A DNA stretch of 64,000 bases from Anthoceros angustus (GCA_010909165.1 MU008196.1:496001-560000), one strand, 5' to 3'. Counted from the first letter of the stretch, positions 47,401-59,145 are shown. A program made the numbers and translations. The notes: generated by a model not told the origin, from the letters alone.

Positions 47401-48075
47401 AACAAATCTCCTAGGGGCCCAAACTCCGCCCCTGCTGGCCTCTTGCTGGAAATTTCCAGCTCCCTCGCACTCCCACACATCGGCTGCGTGGGCCCTCTCA
47501 CCGCCGCCTCATCCGCCTTCCACCCCAGCGGGTGATGGCCTGGCGCGCCATGCCTCCCTGGCCGTCCCTCCTTCCTCTTCCCTACCCGCCGAGGGCTCGC
47601 CCTACGGGGTGCCCGCCATCATGGTAGTCTGCACGTGGTAGGTGGCTACCTACCACAGAGTCCGCACCCACCGGTAGGCCGGGTGCTTCTTCTAGGCACC
47701 CACGAAATGGTGGGGACTCCTCCCACCCTTGGGGCTGTCACCCCTACCGTGGTAGTCTGCCCCTCATAGACTACCACCTGGCCCTCTACGGCCGGATTTT
47801 GCTCTCCTCCTCCTTGCTCCTCTTATGGGGGAAAGGCCTCCCACTCCGGCAACCTTGTTGCCTCCACCTCCTCTATCCTTGGGCCTGGTGCGCTTGTGGA
47901 GGTCTGTCCTCCCATGGTCTTCCTTAGAGCAAAGGGCAAGGGCCGCTCTAAGCTCGGCTGGAGGTGGATAATCTCGAAAGGATGCCAAGCATCCTCAAGC
48001 TCCTTGCTGGTTAGAAGCCCCTCCGTCTCCCACAAATGCACCAAGTAGGTGCTTAGGTAACATGGCCTTGGCCCT
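44471..48075 (-). mobile_element. Repeat family A, copy 2 (ends ...CCCTCCCACA on minus strand; 5' truncated)
   Basis: Colinear with restored copy 1. TATA-like CCTATAAGAGG at ~45358-45368 (minus) and a CA terminus. Confidence 0.8.
46263..47501 (-). CDS. Retroelement accessory coiled-coil protein (412-aa open part; N-terminal part at 47760-48075)
   Basis: Long E/K/Q/R-rich heptad-like ORF, conserved at the protein level with 9380-10355 plus 6913-7374. Confidence 0.65.
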   Translation of the reverse strand: MRGPTQPMCGSARELEISSKRPAGAEFGPLGDLLSSSEALSRVDLKGARELAASLWACQEEVRANKAQEMAERRAGTKWQLEAMESDEKAAKLEKAVEKLQRDLVDQQRAEKVLEGRLAQTEEKALRATTQRDSWRQKAEEHFAQLEQERKSKAEALGREKQAVQQVDAQEQVMATQAIKIRDMEKELRRTRYNLEEKRRRSWREDGAEQGGGGGAWQAEKEGLAQQLADLERRRSQEEEHHKKVVHRMLVVRKRRFWADYALQAKLANQLRETREENVTLYVKVGELTTSRDAYKGRCEDGEWPTKLDDLQMQYHSLGAHLHNRILKANNEVLRLAKRRTLGPYDDDWKKLQQVQPEASDFDEATSDMDSEESEEIGDGGETTAPRREDGAESKEGATLGSPTTVVRRLPW

Positions 48076-48079
48076 TCTT

Positions 48080-48330
48080 CTGTTTACTTTATATCATGCA
48101 TTCAGCTAAGACACTTAGGCTAGAAAGCATAACACACAAAAGAGAGTATGTATTAATGAACAAAGAATATTTTAAATACAAAATTGATATGTCTCTTGAG
48201 TTACGTATCTAACCTCTAGTATAGAAACTAGGGTATAAACTATGTTAGGGTTTCATTTCTAACACTCCCACTAAACCAACATGGTTTATACAACCATAGG
48301 TTTGAACTTATAATCATTGTATACCATTCG
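48080..48330 (-). mobile_element. Copia-like PPT plus AT-rich LTR remnant
   Basis: Minus strand GGTTTAGTGGGAG followed by TGTTAGAAAT at ~48263. Confidence 0.5.
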
Positions 48331-48627
48331 TGACTACTCTCGGTGACATAAGCGTATTCCTCAACAGACACCACATGGAGCTCCTAACAGTCTTCCTTAT
48401 ATCTTTCTTATTTGGCTATACATTCGTGATTGATTACATGAACAAACATAAAGATGAAGACACGCTCTGGAGCCTCACCATGCAAGCCACTTGGAGTCCT
48501 CGACACCAACATGAAGGCAGCTAGCGATCTTGGCGGGAGTGGGCCCACCTTGAACTGATGCGACAACCAAAACCGCAAGTAGGCGAGTGCATGACGCCCT
48601 CCCAATTCTTGGCGCCCTCCGGTGAGG

Positions 48628-49830
48628 TGTGGCGCGACTTTGTGGCCGACGGGCGCACAATCCCGTGTTGTTGTAGCAAGGGGTCCGTTCCCAAGAGAAT
48701 GATAAGCTCCGTTTGGCACGTTTTCAACCGATTCTCATCCCAACGTCACGGTCATTCGGACCCGAGCGCGTGCGTGCACGGTCCTACGACTAACCACTCT
48801 TAACGTTCACCGAATAGGCCCGGTGTGGCCAAACGTTTAAGGACTCGTTCGCGTCCGTACCCGATCAGTCCGTTCCTCGTTCGTCTAGTCTACTCTCCCT
48901 ACCTCTCTCCACACTCTCTCGTCACTTCTTGAAAAAGAGCGGGTGGGCTGCGTGGCTCGGACCTCCTCAAATCGTTCCGCTTCTCCGTCGAGCTCGCATG
49001 CCCTCCCGAGTTCCTCACAGCGTTTCGGTCAGATTCGGCCGGGCCGCTGCTCTGGACGAGCAAGGGTCCCTGATCGTTTCCACCTGCACACACCACCACA
49101 CGTTGGTCATCACCGGGACCTTGATCGGTCTCTCGGGTATCGTGCACCTTTCGATGACTCAAGGCACACGTTAGCCAAGATGTACAAGGGTCTACAACGA
49201 AACGCGGTGTCCACCCCAAGAGAAAGATACTTTACTAGAGCAGCTTCAGCCCTCTTATACCACGCCCAAGTGCGGCGTCTTTATTACACCTATTACGAAG
49301 TGGTGGCCATTTGCCTGCTAATCAAATACCATCTTCCCCCCTCCCGCCTATCTCCGTCGTCGGCGGTGGGCCTGGGAGTGCCCTTGGTTCCGCCTCGGCG
49401 CCGATGACCCCACTCCTTGCCCTGACAGTTGCGGCGCACCCAATCGGATGATCCGCGAGGCGGGACCCCTTCCCCTTCCCGAGACCCTGTCAGGTTGGGC
49501 TACCGGCGGCGGTCTGACAACCGCGGTAACCACCACATCCTCCTCTCCTGGCCTCGGAGTGGGTCCCATACAGCAAGGGTCCTGATCGCCTCCTGAGCAA
49601 GTCGAGGGTGACTCCCTCTCTCCTCTTGAGTCTGAACCTCGGGATCCGGTCTCGACTCCGGGGTCCAATCTTCAGAAGTCGGCCTTATTTCCAGAGTCCG
49701 GACCTCAAGGTCCGATCTCGTCTTTGGGGTTCGGACCTCAGGGTCCGACCTTATTACCAGGGTCCGGACCTCAAGTCCCGGACCCCCGACCACTTGACCC
49801 TCGACCGTTGGGGGCCCATCCTCGCTCACC
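48628..49830 (+). repeat. LTR family B, second copy
   Basis: Starts TGTGGCGC. Shares GGTCCGTTCCCAAGAGAATGATA..CCGTTTGGCACGTTTTCAACCGATTCTCA and the ~30-bp GGTCCGGAC repeats with 20705-22013. Confidence 0.75.
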
Positions 49831-50649
49831 GGCCCCCCTTCCTGGCTTGGGTCCGGTTGGTTTCCTCCTCCCCCACCCCTTTCGGGGCCCTCGTTCCTAT
49901 CCTCCCTGGCTGGTTGCGGCTGAGTTACCTCAAGGCCTGTTACGTTGGCCGCGTTCTGCTCCTCCTGAGGCTCCTCTCCACCGCTGGATACTTTACTTCA
50001 TGAAATCCTCCTCCTCTTATAGGAGGCCTTGCAAGGTGTGCCCGTTTGTTCCTTTCTGGTGAGTATTCTACGAAGTACAAGCCCCGTGATATCGCTCCTG
50101 ACCTGTGGAATGAAATTCTGGTGGAGGAAAGAGTGAGGTCCCAGCAAGAGATGTCTCTCCAGAAACGCACTGTCATGGAAAGGAAGAACAATCCAAATGC
50201 CAAGCCCTATGCACACTTTGGAAATGGAGGACAGCCTGGTTTTAACAGACGTTTTCTTTTGAAGTATGGGAGGCGACCAGGAGGAGGAGAAAGTTGCGTG
50301 GCATCAAAATGGAGTGGGTTGCTAAGTTGGAAGCTCGGGATCGTGAGCAGGTCCCTTATCCAGAGCCCAAGTTAGTTCCATTGGAGCCTGTTTTCGCTAG
50401 TGTGGGAGGGAAGATGTGAATGTTGAAAGACTGTCCCTTGAAAACACTTGTACCTCGGTCAGCTGGTTCCCGGATAACGCCGATGGAAGTAAATGTTGCT
50501 GCAAAGTTTTGAAGTGTTTATCGTGTTAATCCATGTGTGTGTGAGGGTTCCATCAGGAGAGCACGTTGGCTGTCATCATGGCATCTTCCTCAGTTTTAAG
50601 GTATTGCAAATAATGTCGCTTGATTTGCTTATTGCCCTTGGTGAGCACA

Positions 50650-51530
50650 CCCACTAACCGATGTATCTGCGTGTTTAAGGATATTGAATGGACTCGGTGT
50701 AGCTGTCCAAGAATGCTCTCTCGGGGTTGATGGAAGATGAAAGCACTTGGTGAAATCCAGCATGAAAGAGCTTGGGTAAGCTAATTCCACAACCGTGGTC
50801 GCCATGTTAGATTGGGTTTGTGACTTGTCCAGTAACTGATGTGTTTGTGTGTTCAAGGATATTGGATGGTCTTGATGAGCTATCCAAGAATGCTCCTTCG
50901 AGTTGATGTACAAGTGAAATCCTCGCCATGATAGAGCTTGGGGTATGCTAATTTCGCACTTGTGGTTGCGTGCAATGTTGGGTTGGGTTTGTGACTTGTC
51001 CACTAACCGATGTATCTGCGTGTTTAAGGATATTGGATAGTCTTGATGCATGTCGATCAAGAATGCTCTCTGGGGTTGATGGAAGATGAAAGCACCGTGA
51101 AATCCATGCATGAAAGAGCTTGGGTAAGCTAATTCCACAAGTGGTCAAGCGTGCCATGTTAGATTGGGTTTGTGACTTGTCCAAGAATCGATGTGTTTGT
51201 GTGTTCAAGGATATTGGATGGTCTTGATGAGCTATCCAAGAATGCTCCGAGGATGTTAAGTGTGAAATCCTCGCCATGATAGAGCTTGGGGTATGCTAAT
51301 TTCGCAGCTTGTGGTTGCATGCAATGTTGGGTTGGGTTTGTGACTTGTCCACTAACTGATGTATCTGCGTGTTTAAGGATATTGGATAGTCTTCAAGCTG
51401 TCGATCAAGAATGCTCCTTCGGGGTTGACAGAGGCACTGGTGAAATCCGCAGCATGAAAGAGCTTTGGGCAAGCTAATTCTGCTGGTGGTTGTGTGCGTT
51501 GTTGGGTTGGGTTTGTGACTTGAATCTTAT
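50650..51530. repeat. Satellite-like array, ~175-bp monomers alternating A/B (A-B-A-B-A)
   Basis: A: GATGTATCTGCGTGTTTAAGGATATTG at ~50660, 51009, 51358. B: GATGTGTTTGTGTGTTCAAGGATATTGGATGG at ~50838, 51190. Confidence 0.9.
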
Positions 51531-53569
51531 ATTCCTCTTGATAGGCTCAACATGCATCCTTCTGCTCATGAACTGCATGTATAATGGCCTTCACGTCCGG
51601 GAGCATGTTCATAGGAGCATCACGGCCTTAGAGTGCCGTGATGCTCGTGCTATAACAATTGAACCTTCTTTTCCTCGTGCATCAACATACATCCTGCTGC
51701 TGAACCTGCACGCTTCAAGTCCAGGAGCATGTCTTTTAGCATAGCATCACGGCCTTCAAGTGCCATGATGCTCCTGCTTCGAAAATAGTGGGAATCTAAC
51801 AAGGCGTTATGTTGTAAAATGCGATCCTATGCCTCAAAAAACACCTAAGGACTAGACTGGTGGATCTAGCCCATGAAAGGGTCCTCAAACTTGCCTGCAA
51901 TACTTACACACATATGTGTATGTAGTGAATTGGAGGATGCACGCCAAGCCTAAGGTTTGTGATTGATTGATTGTTGAAAGAGGATTCTTTGGATGTTGAG
52001 TGGTCGGGACCTACAGTAGACATGTATGTGTCTATGATGAAGCTGGAAGGGCCGCGGGCCTAGGTGTTTCTGGTACACTAAGCGATTGTTGAGCGAGGGC
52101 GGTGGATGAGGTAGTTGTCGGGACACCTTGGTAGGCAAGTTCATGGATAGAATTGGCATGTGAAGTTTTAGGGGTTGCTAAGTGCAGAATGGTATCCGGA
52201 TGCTCAATTCACGGTGAATTTATCGTATCTCTCCTTCGTTGTGGGACGAGATAGGCGAGATTGTCTGAGGGCAGCTCGTCGAAGATCGGCCAAACTCTGG
52301 GACTCCCATCTCACAGTATGCAGATATGTTCTACTCCCATTTACGGGTGCCCACCGTACCTCCATCTTGCTTTTTGTTTCCTTTGGCTCTTGTTCTGTTG
52401 CAATTCTATGGTCTTGATGCTCGCAATTCTATGGTCTTGATGCTCGCAATTCTTGTTATGCTCGATGGCAACATAGCGGGGTGTAATTCAGTTCGCACAT
52501 GGTAGGGCATGAGCGCAAGGCACTTGAGAGGGCCTTCTTGCATAGCTTTCGGTGAGCAAGGGCTTCGGCACCATGTCAGCAGGACATGTAAGCTTGCTCT
52601 TACCGAGCTATGCAAGAAGAAGGCGTGGTTGCACCCGAATAAATCCTCCCTAACCATGCTGATTCCTGTCTTCTCACAGAGGTATACTTCAGGCGTCATG
52701 GGGTTGTTGATGCTGTCTCCATCACTGATCAGTCTTACAGTCTTCGTTGGGTGGCCTCTTGGCATGCAAGTTGTTGTTGGTATGAACGAAGCAGGCTTGA
52801 CAATCCACTCTTGTTTGCGTGGTGGAGGAGCGAGTTCTGCTTTCAAATTGCCAACAGGTTAGAACCAACTTGGTGTGTTTCTTGTTGGAGGGACTCTGAG
52901 AGGCTCCTTAGCAACAGGGAGTCTCTTCTTCAACTCTTGGAGCTTCTTGATGAGGCGATTTTCTCTGGTCTCCAACATCTTTGACATGCGGCGCCAGTAT
53001 CTCATCTTGCACCTAGTCTCACCGACTGTAGCTATTGCCCACTTCGGCATCTTTCCGTGCACCTCACAGCGAGGAGGTGCAATAGGGTAGCTGCAGTGGC
53101 GTCGAACAGCAACATGAGGATATCTTGAAGGTGCAGCAGCAGCAGGGTCTCTAGAAGTAGTGGGAGCGGTCGCCGCCACAACATGTTCTCTGGACGCGTG
53201 CTTCTCCATGTTTGGCTCCGTTTCCATATCCCCTTGGGCAACATGGTAGGCCTTCTCGTCAGAGTTAGAGACTCGAATCGGAAAGGCAGGTGTTCTGGGT
53301 CCGAGCACCATCTTTCATCTGGGGAGAGGAGCAATGGTTCAGAAGTGGCGTTGGGTCTAAGCTCTAGCTCCGGTGCTGGCTGTGGCAGAAGATGCTCTGC
53401 GCTTGCTTTCACTCACTTTTGAAGCTGTTGGCTTGAAGTCTACATGTGCGACAGGATTGCAGGAGTAACCGTTTTCTGGCTGATCATGGCGGCGTGGTAC
53501 AAGGTTTAGGGTTTTAGTTTATCTTCATCTAAACATACTCTATAAATCCTGCTCAACTACGTGTCAGCA

Positions 53570-53764
53570 ATGAGTGGGAGTGTTAAATAATTAATGTTAC
53601 TCTAGGGTACATTGCTACCATTTAGAGTTAGTGGTAGTTATGACAATTATTTTCAGTTTGAGTTTATATACATTGTTTTGTTCTTTTGTTTAATCAATAC
53701 ACACATTGCACTTGTGATTTCTTGTGATCAATCAATTTCCACATGGTAATCATATAAATCTACA
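53570..53764 (+). mobile_element. Possible short Copia-type LTR with PPT
   Basis: GAGTGGGAG followed by TGTTAAAT (53581), AT-rich, ending ..TCTACA. Confidence 0.35.
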
Positions 53765-53789
53765 GTTTCCTACCCACAAAGGGTAGGGC

Positions 53790-54693
53790 TAGGGCTGCCT
53801 TACCTTCTTTTGCTTCGCTCATTGAGGTTGGATTCCGCGGGCCTCAAGCGTCCCTCCTCGAGAAGCAATTTTGGCAGACGCAGGTGGCCTTTCTTCGTGA
53901 CTCGTCCATCCTCAGGGCGGCTCATGCCCGTCTCCGCTCTTACCCAGGTAAGGGAGCCGGTTCATGGCTTCTTGTTCGGCCTTGCATCCAAGCTTTCCGA
54001 ATCGCACCGGCCTCTTTTTCTACCGCGATGAGGTTTCGCCCAGGCCTAGTCGAGCCTTTGGCCTGCTCTCTCCAGGCTTGCAGCTGTGGGGTGCCCCTCG
54101 ACGACTTGGGGACCCACCTTGCTCGCTGTCACGGGCGAGCAATGTATTGCTACTCATGACGCTGTTCGCGACGTCATGTTTTGGTTGGCTAAGGAGGGAG
54201 GCTTCTTTCCTTATAGGGAGCGCCCTTATACTCTACCTAAGAGGGTTTTCCTCCGGGCGGACGTTATTTTGGCCTAGGGGGATTAGGGGCACGTCTTCAT
54301 CCCCCACGCCATCGAGATGCATTGGGCCATGGGCAAGGGCTTGCCCATGGCCCCTAATCCTTTAGACCTGTGCCAGGGAGTCCAACAATCTGGGGTTGGC
54401 CTCCCTCTTTCATGTATAGTGGCTTTCTACAGGCAACAAGTATGCATCGCCCTGCAGCGAGGATTGGCCAACGCGGTGTGGTGTATAGCACGACGGCAAG
54501 CGCAGGGCAGGCGGCTTCTTCGGCACCGGTAGTGGGTAGGCCCTTTTGTATCCCCGATTTTGATATCTTTGGCACGGTAGGCAGTTACAAGATTGGCGAC
54601 AATGTGGGTTAGTCCCCCATGGTATGGTGCCGTCCTAAGGGTTGTTCCCCTTCTCTTGGGGTAGATGATTTTCCATCTCTTTTTCGTAATAAA
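53790..54693 (+). mobile_element. 5'-truncated CRE-like (restriction-like endonuclease) non-LTR retrotransposon
   Basis: ARLRS..GAGSWL..P..F..AMRFR.G, zinc motif CSCG..DDLGTHLARC, HDAVRD, RADV and the C-terminal YRQQVCIALQRG. AATAAA at ~54688. Confidence 0.75.
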
Positions 54694-54981
54694 GTCTCAG
54701 GGTGAAAGAAATTTCCTAAATTCTTGGTTCGTTGGTTTTGAGTTGTGGGTGTGTGTGGGCTCCCACCTTTCCCCTAGTTTTCAGGCTGACATCGCTCAAT
54801 TCCTGGTCTCCATTGATATGGCTCCGTGGCTGCGGTTCATAATTGCTCACTTAGCCTGTAGCAGCCCTAGTTCAGAGATTTCGCGAGCATGCCACGATCA
54901 ATCTGGGACGAGCAGATTCCAGCAACCCAGCTCGACATTTTAGTGTAGAAGGGCAGGGCACCGGTTGCAGCTGTGGTTGAA

Positions 54982-56949
54982 ATGACACCAATCGTCAGGC
55001 GGGCCGTGCAGCATCAAGGAATTCAGACGCAGGTGCTCCATTGGCCCGCAACCGCACGCACTAATGCTGTGTCCTCGGATTTGAGCATCGCTGTATGGAG
55101 ACAGAAACTCCCCGTGGCTGTGTCATCTTTGCCCCATGATTTGCTCTTTCTGCAAGTTCGCAGACCTTGGTTAAGTGCTTCGCTCAGATTACAGCCATCC
55201 ACGGCATGGAACCGTGGGTTTGTACGGGGATTCTACATGCGGAACATCTCTCAGCTTGTGTCGCCGGCCAATGGCAGGAGGGCTTTTCTCGTGGATACTT
55301 TAGCACTGGTATACTTGCTTACCCTCAGTGCTGGGCAATGTTGGCGCTCCTTACCCGTCATATGATTGCCTGCACGTTCCACCAGCAGATTGCCATGCTG
55401 TCGTATCCTGCCTCTTCACTCCCTTGGATGCACCGTCGTTGCTTGAACTTTACTGGTTGAAAGCGCTAAAGCGAAGATTGGAAATCGTGACCCGGTTCGG
55501 GTTCATCGTCCCACATTTCGCGGGATACTTATCAGCCGAGTACTCTGGCTTGGCCGCTTCTCCGACTTTCTGGCATATCTGATATAGTTCTTCTCCTCTT
55601 GTTCAGTGGTGTTTTTGTTTCCCCTGCATTGAGCATCCAGTCAAAAATGTTCCATGTCGTTTCCAGTGCGTGAGTTCTTATGCAAGCTGCCTGGTTAGCT
55701 GCCATGACATCTGTGAAGTTGTCAATGTAGCTGTTGACCCTTCCTCTGCGTTGCTTGACCTGTTGTAATATGCAACCCATAGTACTGCTTGTTGCTTGGC
55801 AGGTACGAAGGCTGGAAGCACAAGGTTTGACAGCAAAACAGGCTGAAGCTATAACTGCAGTTATAACAGAAGTACTGAATGACAGCTTGGAGAACGTTGC
55901 ACAGTCGTTCACGTCCAAGTCTGAGATGCAGAGAGTGAGTTCTGTATAGGAAAGCACGCATCTGGAGGTTCACTTAGTCCTGACTCGGTGGAAAGTAAAT
56001 TGTGGCCACGCCATTTGCTTGCAGATTTTGACCTTCGCAATCGAGTAGTCTAACTTCAAGACAACTAATACCCTGTCTTGCTCTGTTCAGAGTGAAATGA
56101 TGCAGGAAGCTGCTCTCTCGAAATATAAGGGAGAAATGCAAAGCTCCCAGGTAGTGGCAGGAAGGGAAATTGCTTTGAGATCTCTGAACATCGCAGCGCA
56201 TACCAGTATTGTTTATACTGATAGCGCCTCTACAATATGACAGGAGCATCATTTCGCTACTCAGCAGAGGGAAACAGAGAGGCTACGCACAGATATTGAC
56301 AAAATGCGAAGTGAACTCAGGTCAGCCGGTTGATCAAGTACAGGACAATGTTGGTCTCTGTTTCCACTGGATCAATGATTTGCTGAGACTTCTCCGTGGT
56401 AGCAGGTATGAAATAGATAAAGTCACTGCTGGCCAGCGCTTGGATCTGAATTTGGAAAGAGGGTAAATATTTTGTTCCTTGTACCAAGTTTCAGTTGAAA
56501 GTTGTGTCCAAGTTTGGGTGGCCAGATTTTAAAGGTCATTTTTTGGATGTTTGTAGCCGCCTGCGGGAGGAACTAGCTACTCAAAGTGCTGAAACTTCCA
56601 ACCTTACTAACAAGCTGGACAGGGTGAGGAATCAAGAGCTTGTCATGTAGTTATTCTCTGGTTTCATGTGTATGGGAGCTTTCACGTAAAGGCCTCTTTT
56701 TCAGGAGATCCATACCCTCAAAACCCAGTTGGAGGCTGCCAAGTATGACGTAATCAAGTACTGCATAGGTAGGGAGCTTGGTTGCTGGATGCACGTGTGG
56801 TCTTCTCTGTCTTGCTATTGATATTCTCTGGCAAGTGAGTTTATGCTTCATTACTGCAACTAATTCAATACCACTTTCCGTGTCCAACTGCAGGTAGTAT
56901 TGTGTCTGTCACAGCCGTAGGCCTTGGCCTTCTGCGTATCATCATGTGA
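54982..56949 (+). CDS. DUF1640 family (FMP32/CCDC90/MCUR1-like) mitochondrial coiled-coil protein, multi-exon
   Basis: In-phase GT-AG exons: ..55308, 55803-55934, 56091-56150, 56244-56320, 56406-56462, 56557-56623, 56705-56768, 56894-56949. Peptides RAFLVDTLAL/VRRLEAQG, YEIDKVTAGQRLDLNLERG, LEAAKYDVIKYCIG. Start codon tentative. Confidence 0.92.
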
Positions 56950-57682
56950 GCTCTTGGATATCTCCCTAGCAGGAGGCACCGGTGGAGGTTTTGGAAATGT
57001 GCGCACCAACTCCTATGAGGAGGCTGGGATAGGTGATTTGTCTCCGACAGGCGAGTGGTCTGAATTTTGTGATCCTGAGAAAAACGTCAATGTCTGCTGA
57101 CAAAACTGTTTCTCACTGCGTTTTCCTGGGTGTGCTTTATTTCAACGATTAACCATGAGGATTATCAATGAGCTTTTGACCTTTTAACCCTACTTTTGTG
57201 AACTCTGAAAATCAGAATTTGGGATGCTAGATAAAACTCATCGCGTCCAATCTCTCATTACCTTCCTTTCGGCTTTTTGTCGCCAGGAGATCTTCGCTTG
57301 TAGGCAGGGATGTTGCTTCTGGAAGGTAACTAGTCGTTCGAGAACTGGTAAAAAGTTAAAACGTCATTAGCTTGAGGATGGTCGCAGCCATAGTGATACA
57401 AGGAAACGGGTTTTAATTGCTCTGAACATGGATGCGGTCATACAACCAGGAAAGAAGCCGAAAAAACATATTAAAAGAACCATGCACAAATGTAGTGTCG
57501 GTGAGTCGTGACAAAACTAACCCGACAACCCGACGATAGAAGAACATCGCGCGTCAAAGCATGCGAGCGGAGTGCCTTCCCGAACAAGGCAGCTGCAGTG
57601 GGCGATGCTCCAGCAGTTGGAGCATGTGGAACAGGCAGCGTGATAACAAGCTCAGGCTGTAAGATCTGCATCAGCGTGCTGG

Positions 57683-58972
57683 ATGTTGGAAGCGGCGCTC
57701 TTGTGTAGGCTCACGGGGATGGCTTGGGTCCAGCGCCTGCTTTGGAGCCTGCGGGGTCAGGGATGCACATGTGGGTTGGCAGCACCCCGACAGGAGCACC
57801 TTCTGGGCCTCAGATCTGTTGCATCTGCCATGGTTTCGGACTGCAGTAGCCCGGGGCTGCGGGGTATCTTGCCAAGGGCTGGTACCCTGGGCTCGGGATG
57901 GAGTGCTTTGGCCGTTGCCAAGTGGAGGATATCAGCGATGGGGAATGCCGTTTCGCGACAAATGCACAGGGGCAATGCCACCGGGAGGGAAGGCGTGGAG
58001 CAGCGGTTGCAGTTCGGGTTCCAGGTGCGGCAGCAGCAACAGCGGCCTGGGTTCAGGATTAGGACCGTCCCTTACAGCACAGAGTCGTTGCAGCAGGGCT
58101 GGGTAAACAAGTGGAAATCCTTCCGGCAGAGTGTCCAGGACGCTACGTCCTCCAAAGGGGCAGCACCGGGCACGGGACTTCGCAAGGCCAATGTGGCCAC
58201 GCAGAAGGTTTTGAAGGAGACTGCCTTCGTGCCGGGTGCCGCTTTCAGGAGTTCCGTGTCTCGCTACAGGGAGGCTGCCCAGCTTCAGATAGAGGCGTTT
58301 TGGAAGCGGAATTATCTGATTGTGGTGGGGGCAGCGGCCGTGGTGTTGTGCTTGCTCCTGTGGAGAATCATGTTTGGGATTGCCAGCACGTTTGTGGGGC
58401 TGTCCGAGGGCATGGCCAAGTTTGGATTTCTGGCTTTGGCAGCTGCTTTTGTGGCGTTCGCGGGTTTGATTGTCCGGGCAAGGTATAGAATAAATCCAGA
58501 TGCAGTTTATAGGACAGCCGTTCGTAAGCTCAACTCATCTGCTGCTCTGTTGGAAGTCCTTGGTGCTCCACTCACTGGGACTGACGTGCGAGCTTACGTC
58601 ATGTCGGGGGGAGGACTCAAGCTGAAGAGTTTCAAACCACGCCTAACAGGGAAACGTTGTTTCCTGATATTTCCGATAAAGGGATCTGAAAGGCGGGGAT
58701 TGGTCAGTGTGGAGGCTAAGAAGAAGAAAGGTCAATACGAGTTCAAGCTGCTGGCTGTGGACATTCCAACGGCAGGAGTTGACCAGCGGATTTTCTTAAT
58801 TGGTGATGAGAGTGAGTACAAAGTCGGCGGTGGCCTTATCTCGGAGCTCAGGGAGCCGATATTGAAGGCCATGGAGGCACAGAAGGAATTCGACGATGAA
58901 GACGAGAGAGAAGCTGAAGAGGAGGAACGGCAGGAGCTTCTCCAGGCGGAGAAAGATCGAAAGGAGGAGTAG
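57683..58972 (+). CDS. TIM21-like mitochondrial inner-membrane protein (plant At2g40800/At3g56430-like), single exon
   Basis: 429-aa ORF with an R-rich presequence-like N-terminus and two TM segments. Conserved QIEAFWKRN, FVGLSEGMAKFGFLAL, INPDAVYR, RAYVMSGGG, KKKKGQYEFKLLAVDIP. Start could be ATG 57719. Confidence 0.88.
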   Translation: MLEAALLCRLTGMAWVQRLLWSLRGQGCTCGLAAPRQEHLLGLRSVASAMVSDCSSPGLRGILPRAGTLGSGWSALAVAKWRISAMGNAVSRQMHRGNATGREGVEQRLQFGFQVRQQQQRPGFRIRTVPYSTESLQQGWVNKWKSFRQSVQDATSSKGAAPGTGLRKANVATQKVLKETAFVPGAAFRSSVSRYREAAQLQIEAFWKRNYLIVVGAAAVVLCLLLWRIMFGIASTFVGLSEGMAKFGFLALAAAFVAFAGLIVRARYRINPDAVYRTAVRKLNSSAALLEVLGAPLTGTDVRAYVMSGGGLKLKSFKPRLTGKRCFLIFPIKGSERRGLVSVEAKKKKGQYEFKLLAVDIPTAGVDQRIFLIGDESEYKVGGGLISELREPILKAMEAQKEFDDEDEREAEEEERQELLQAEKDRKEE

Positions 58973-59019
58973 AAGAAACAGATTGACGCCTAGACGAGAA
59001 GGAGAGCAGGCGTATATGT

Positions 59020-59145
59020 TTTCTAGTTGCATCTATGCTGCATTTGGCAGGGTTACTCCATGAGAGGTTTGGTGCAAGCAGGGGTATACGTTTCCTAGTT
59101 GTACCTTTGCTGCATTTGGCAGGGTCACTCCATGGGAGGTTTGGT
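59020..59145. repeat. Two ~70-bp direct repeats in the 3' flank
   Basis: TGCTGCATTTGGCAGGGT.ACTCCATG.GAGGTTTGGT twice. Confidence 0.75.

Noticed and set aside
50401-50412. TGTGGGAGGGAA match to the family A end at 44471
   Set aside because: The similarity stops after 12 bp and no TSD or further homology is present.
51915-51930. TGTAGTG as the partner TIR of the CACTA end at 41259
   Set aside because: Only 6 bp are complementary and the 3-bp flanks differ (TAG vs AAT). It may be another element's end, but pairing is unsupported.
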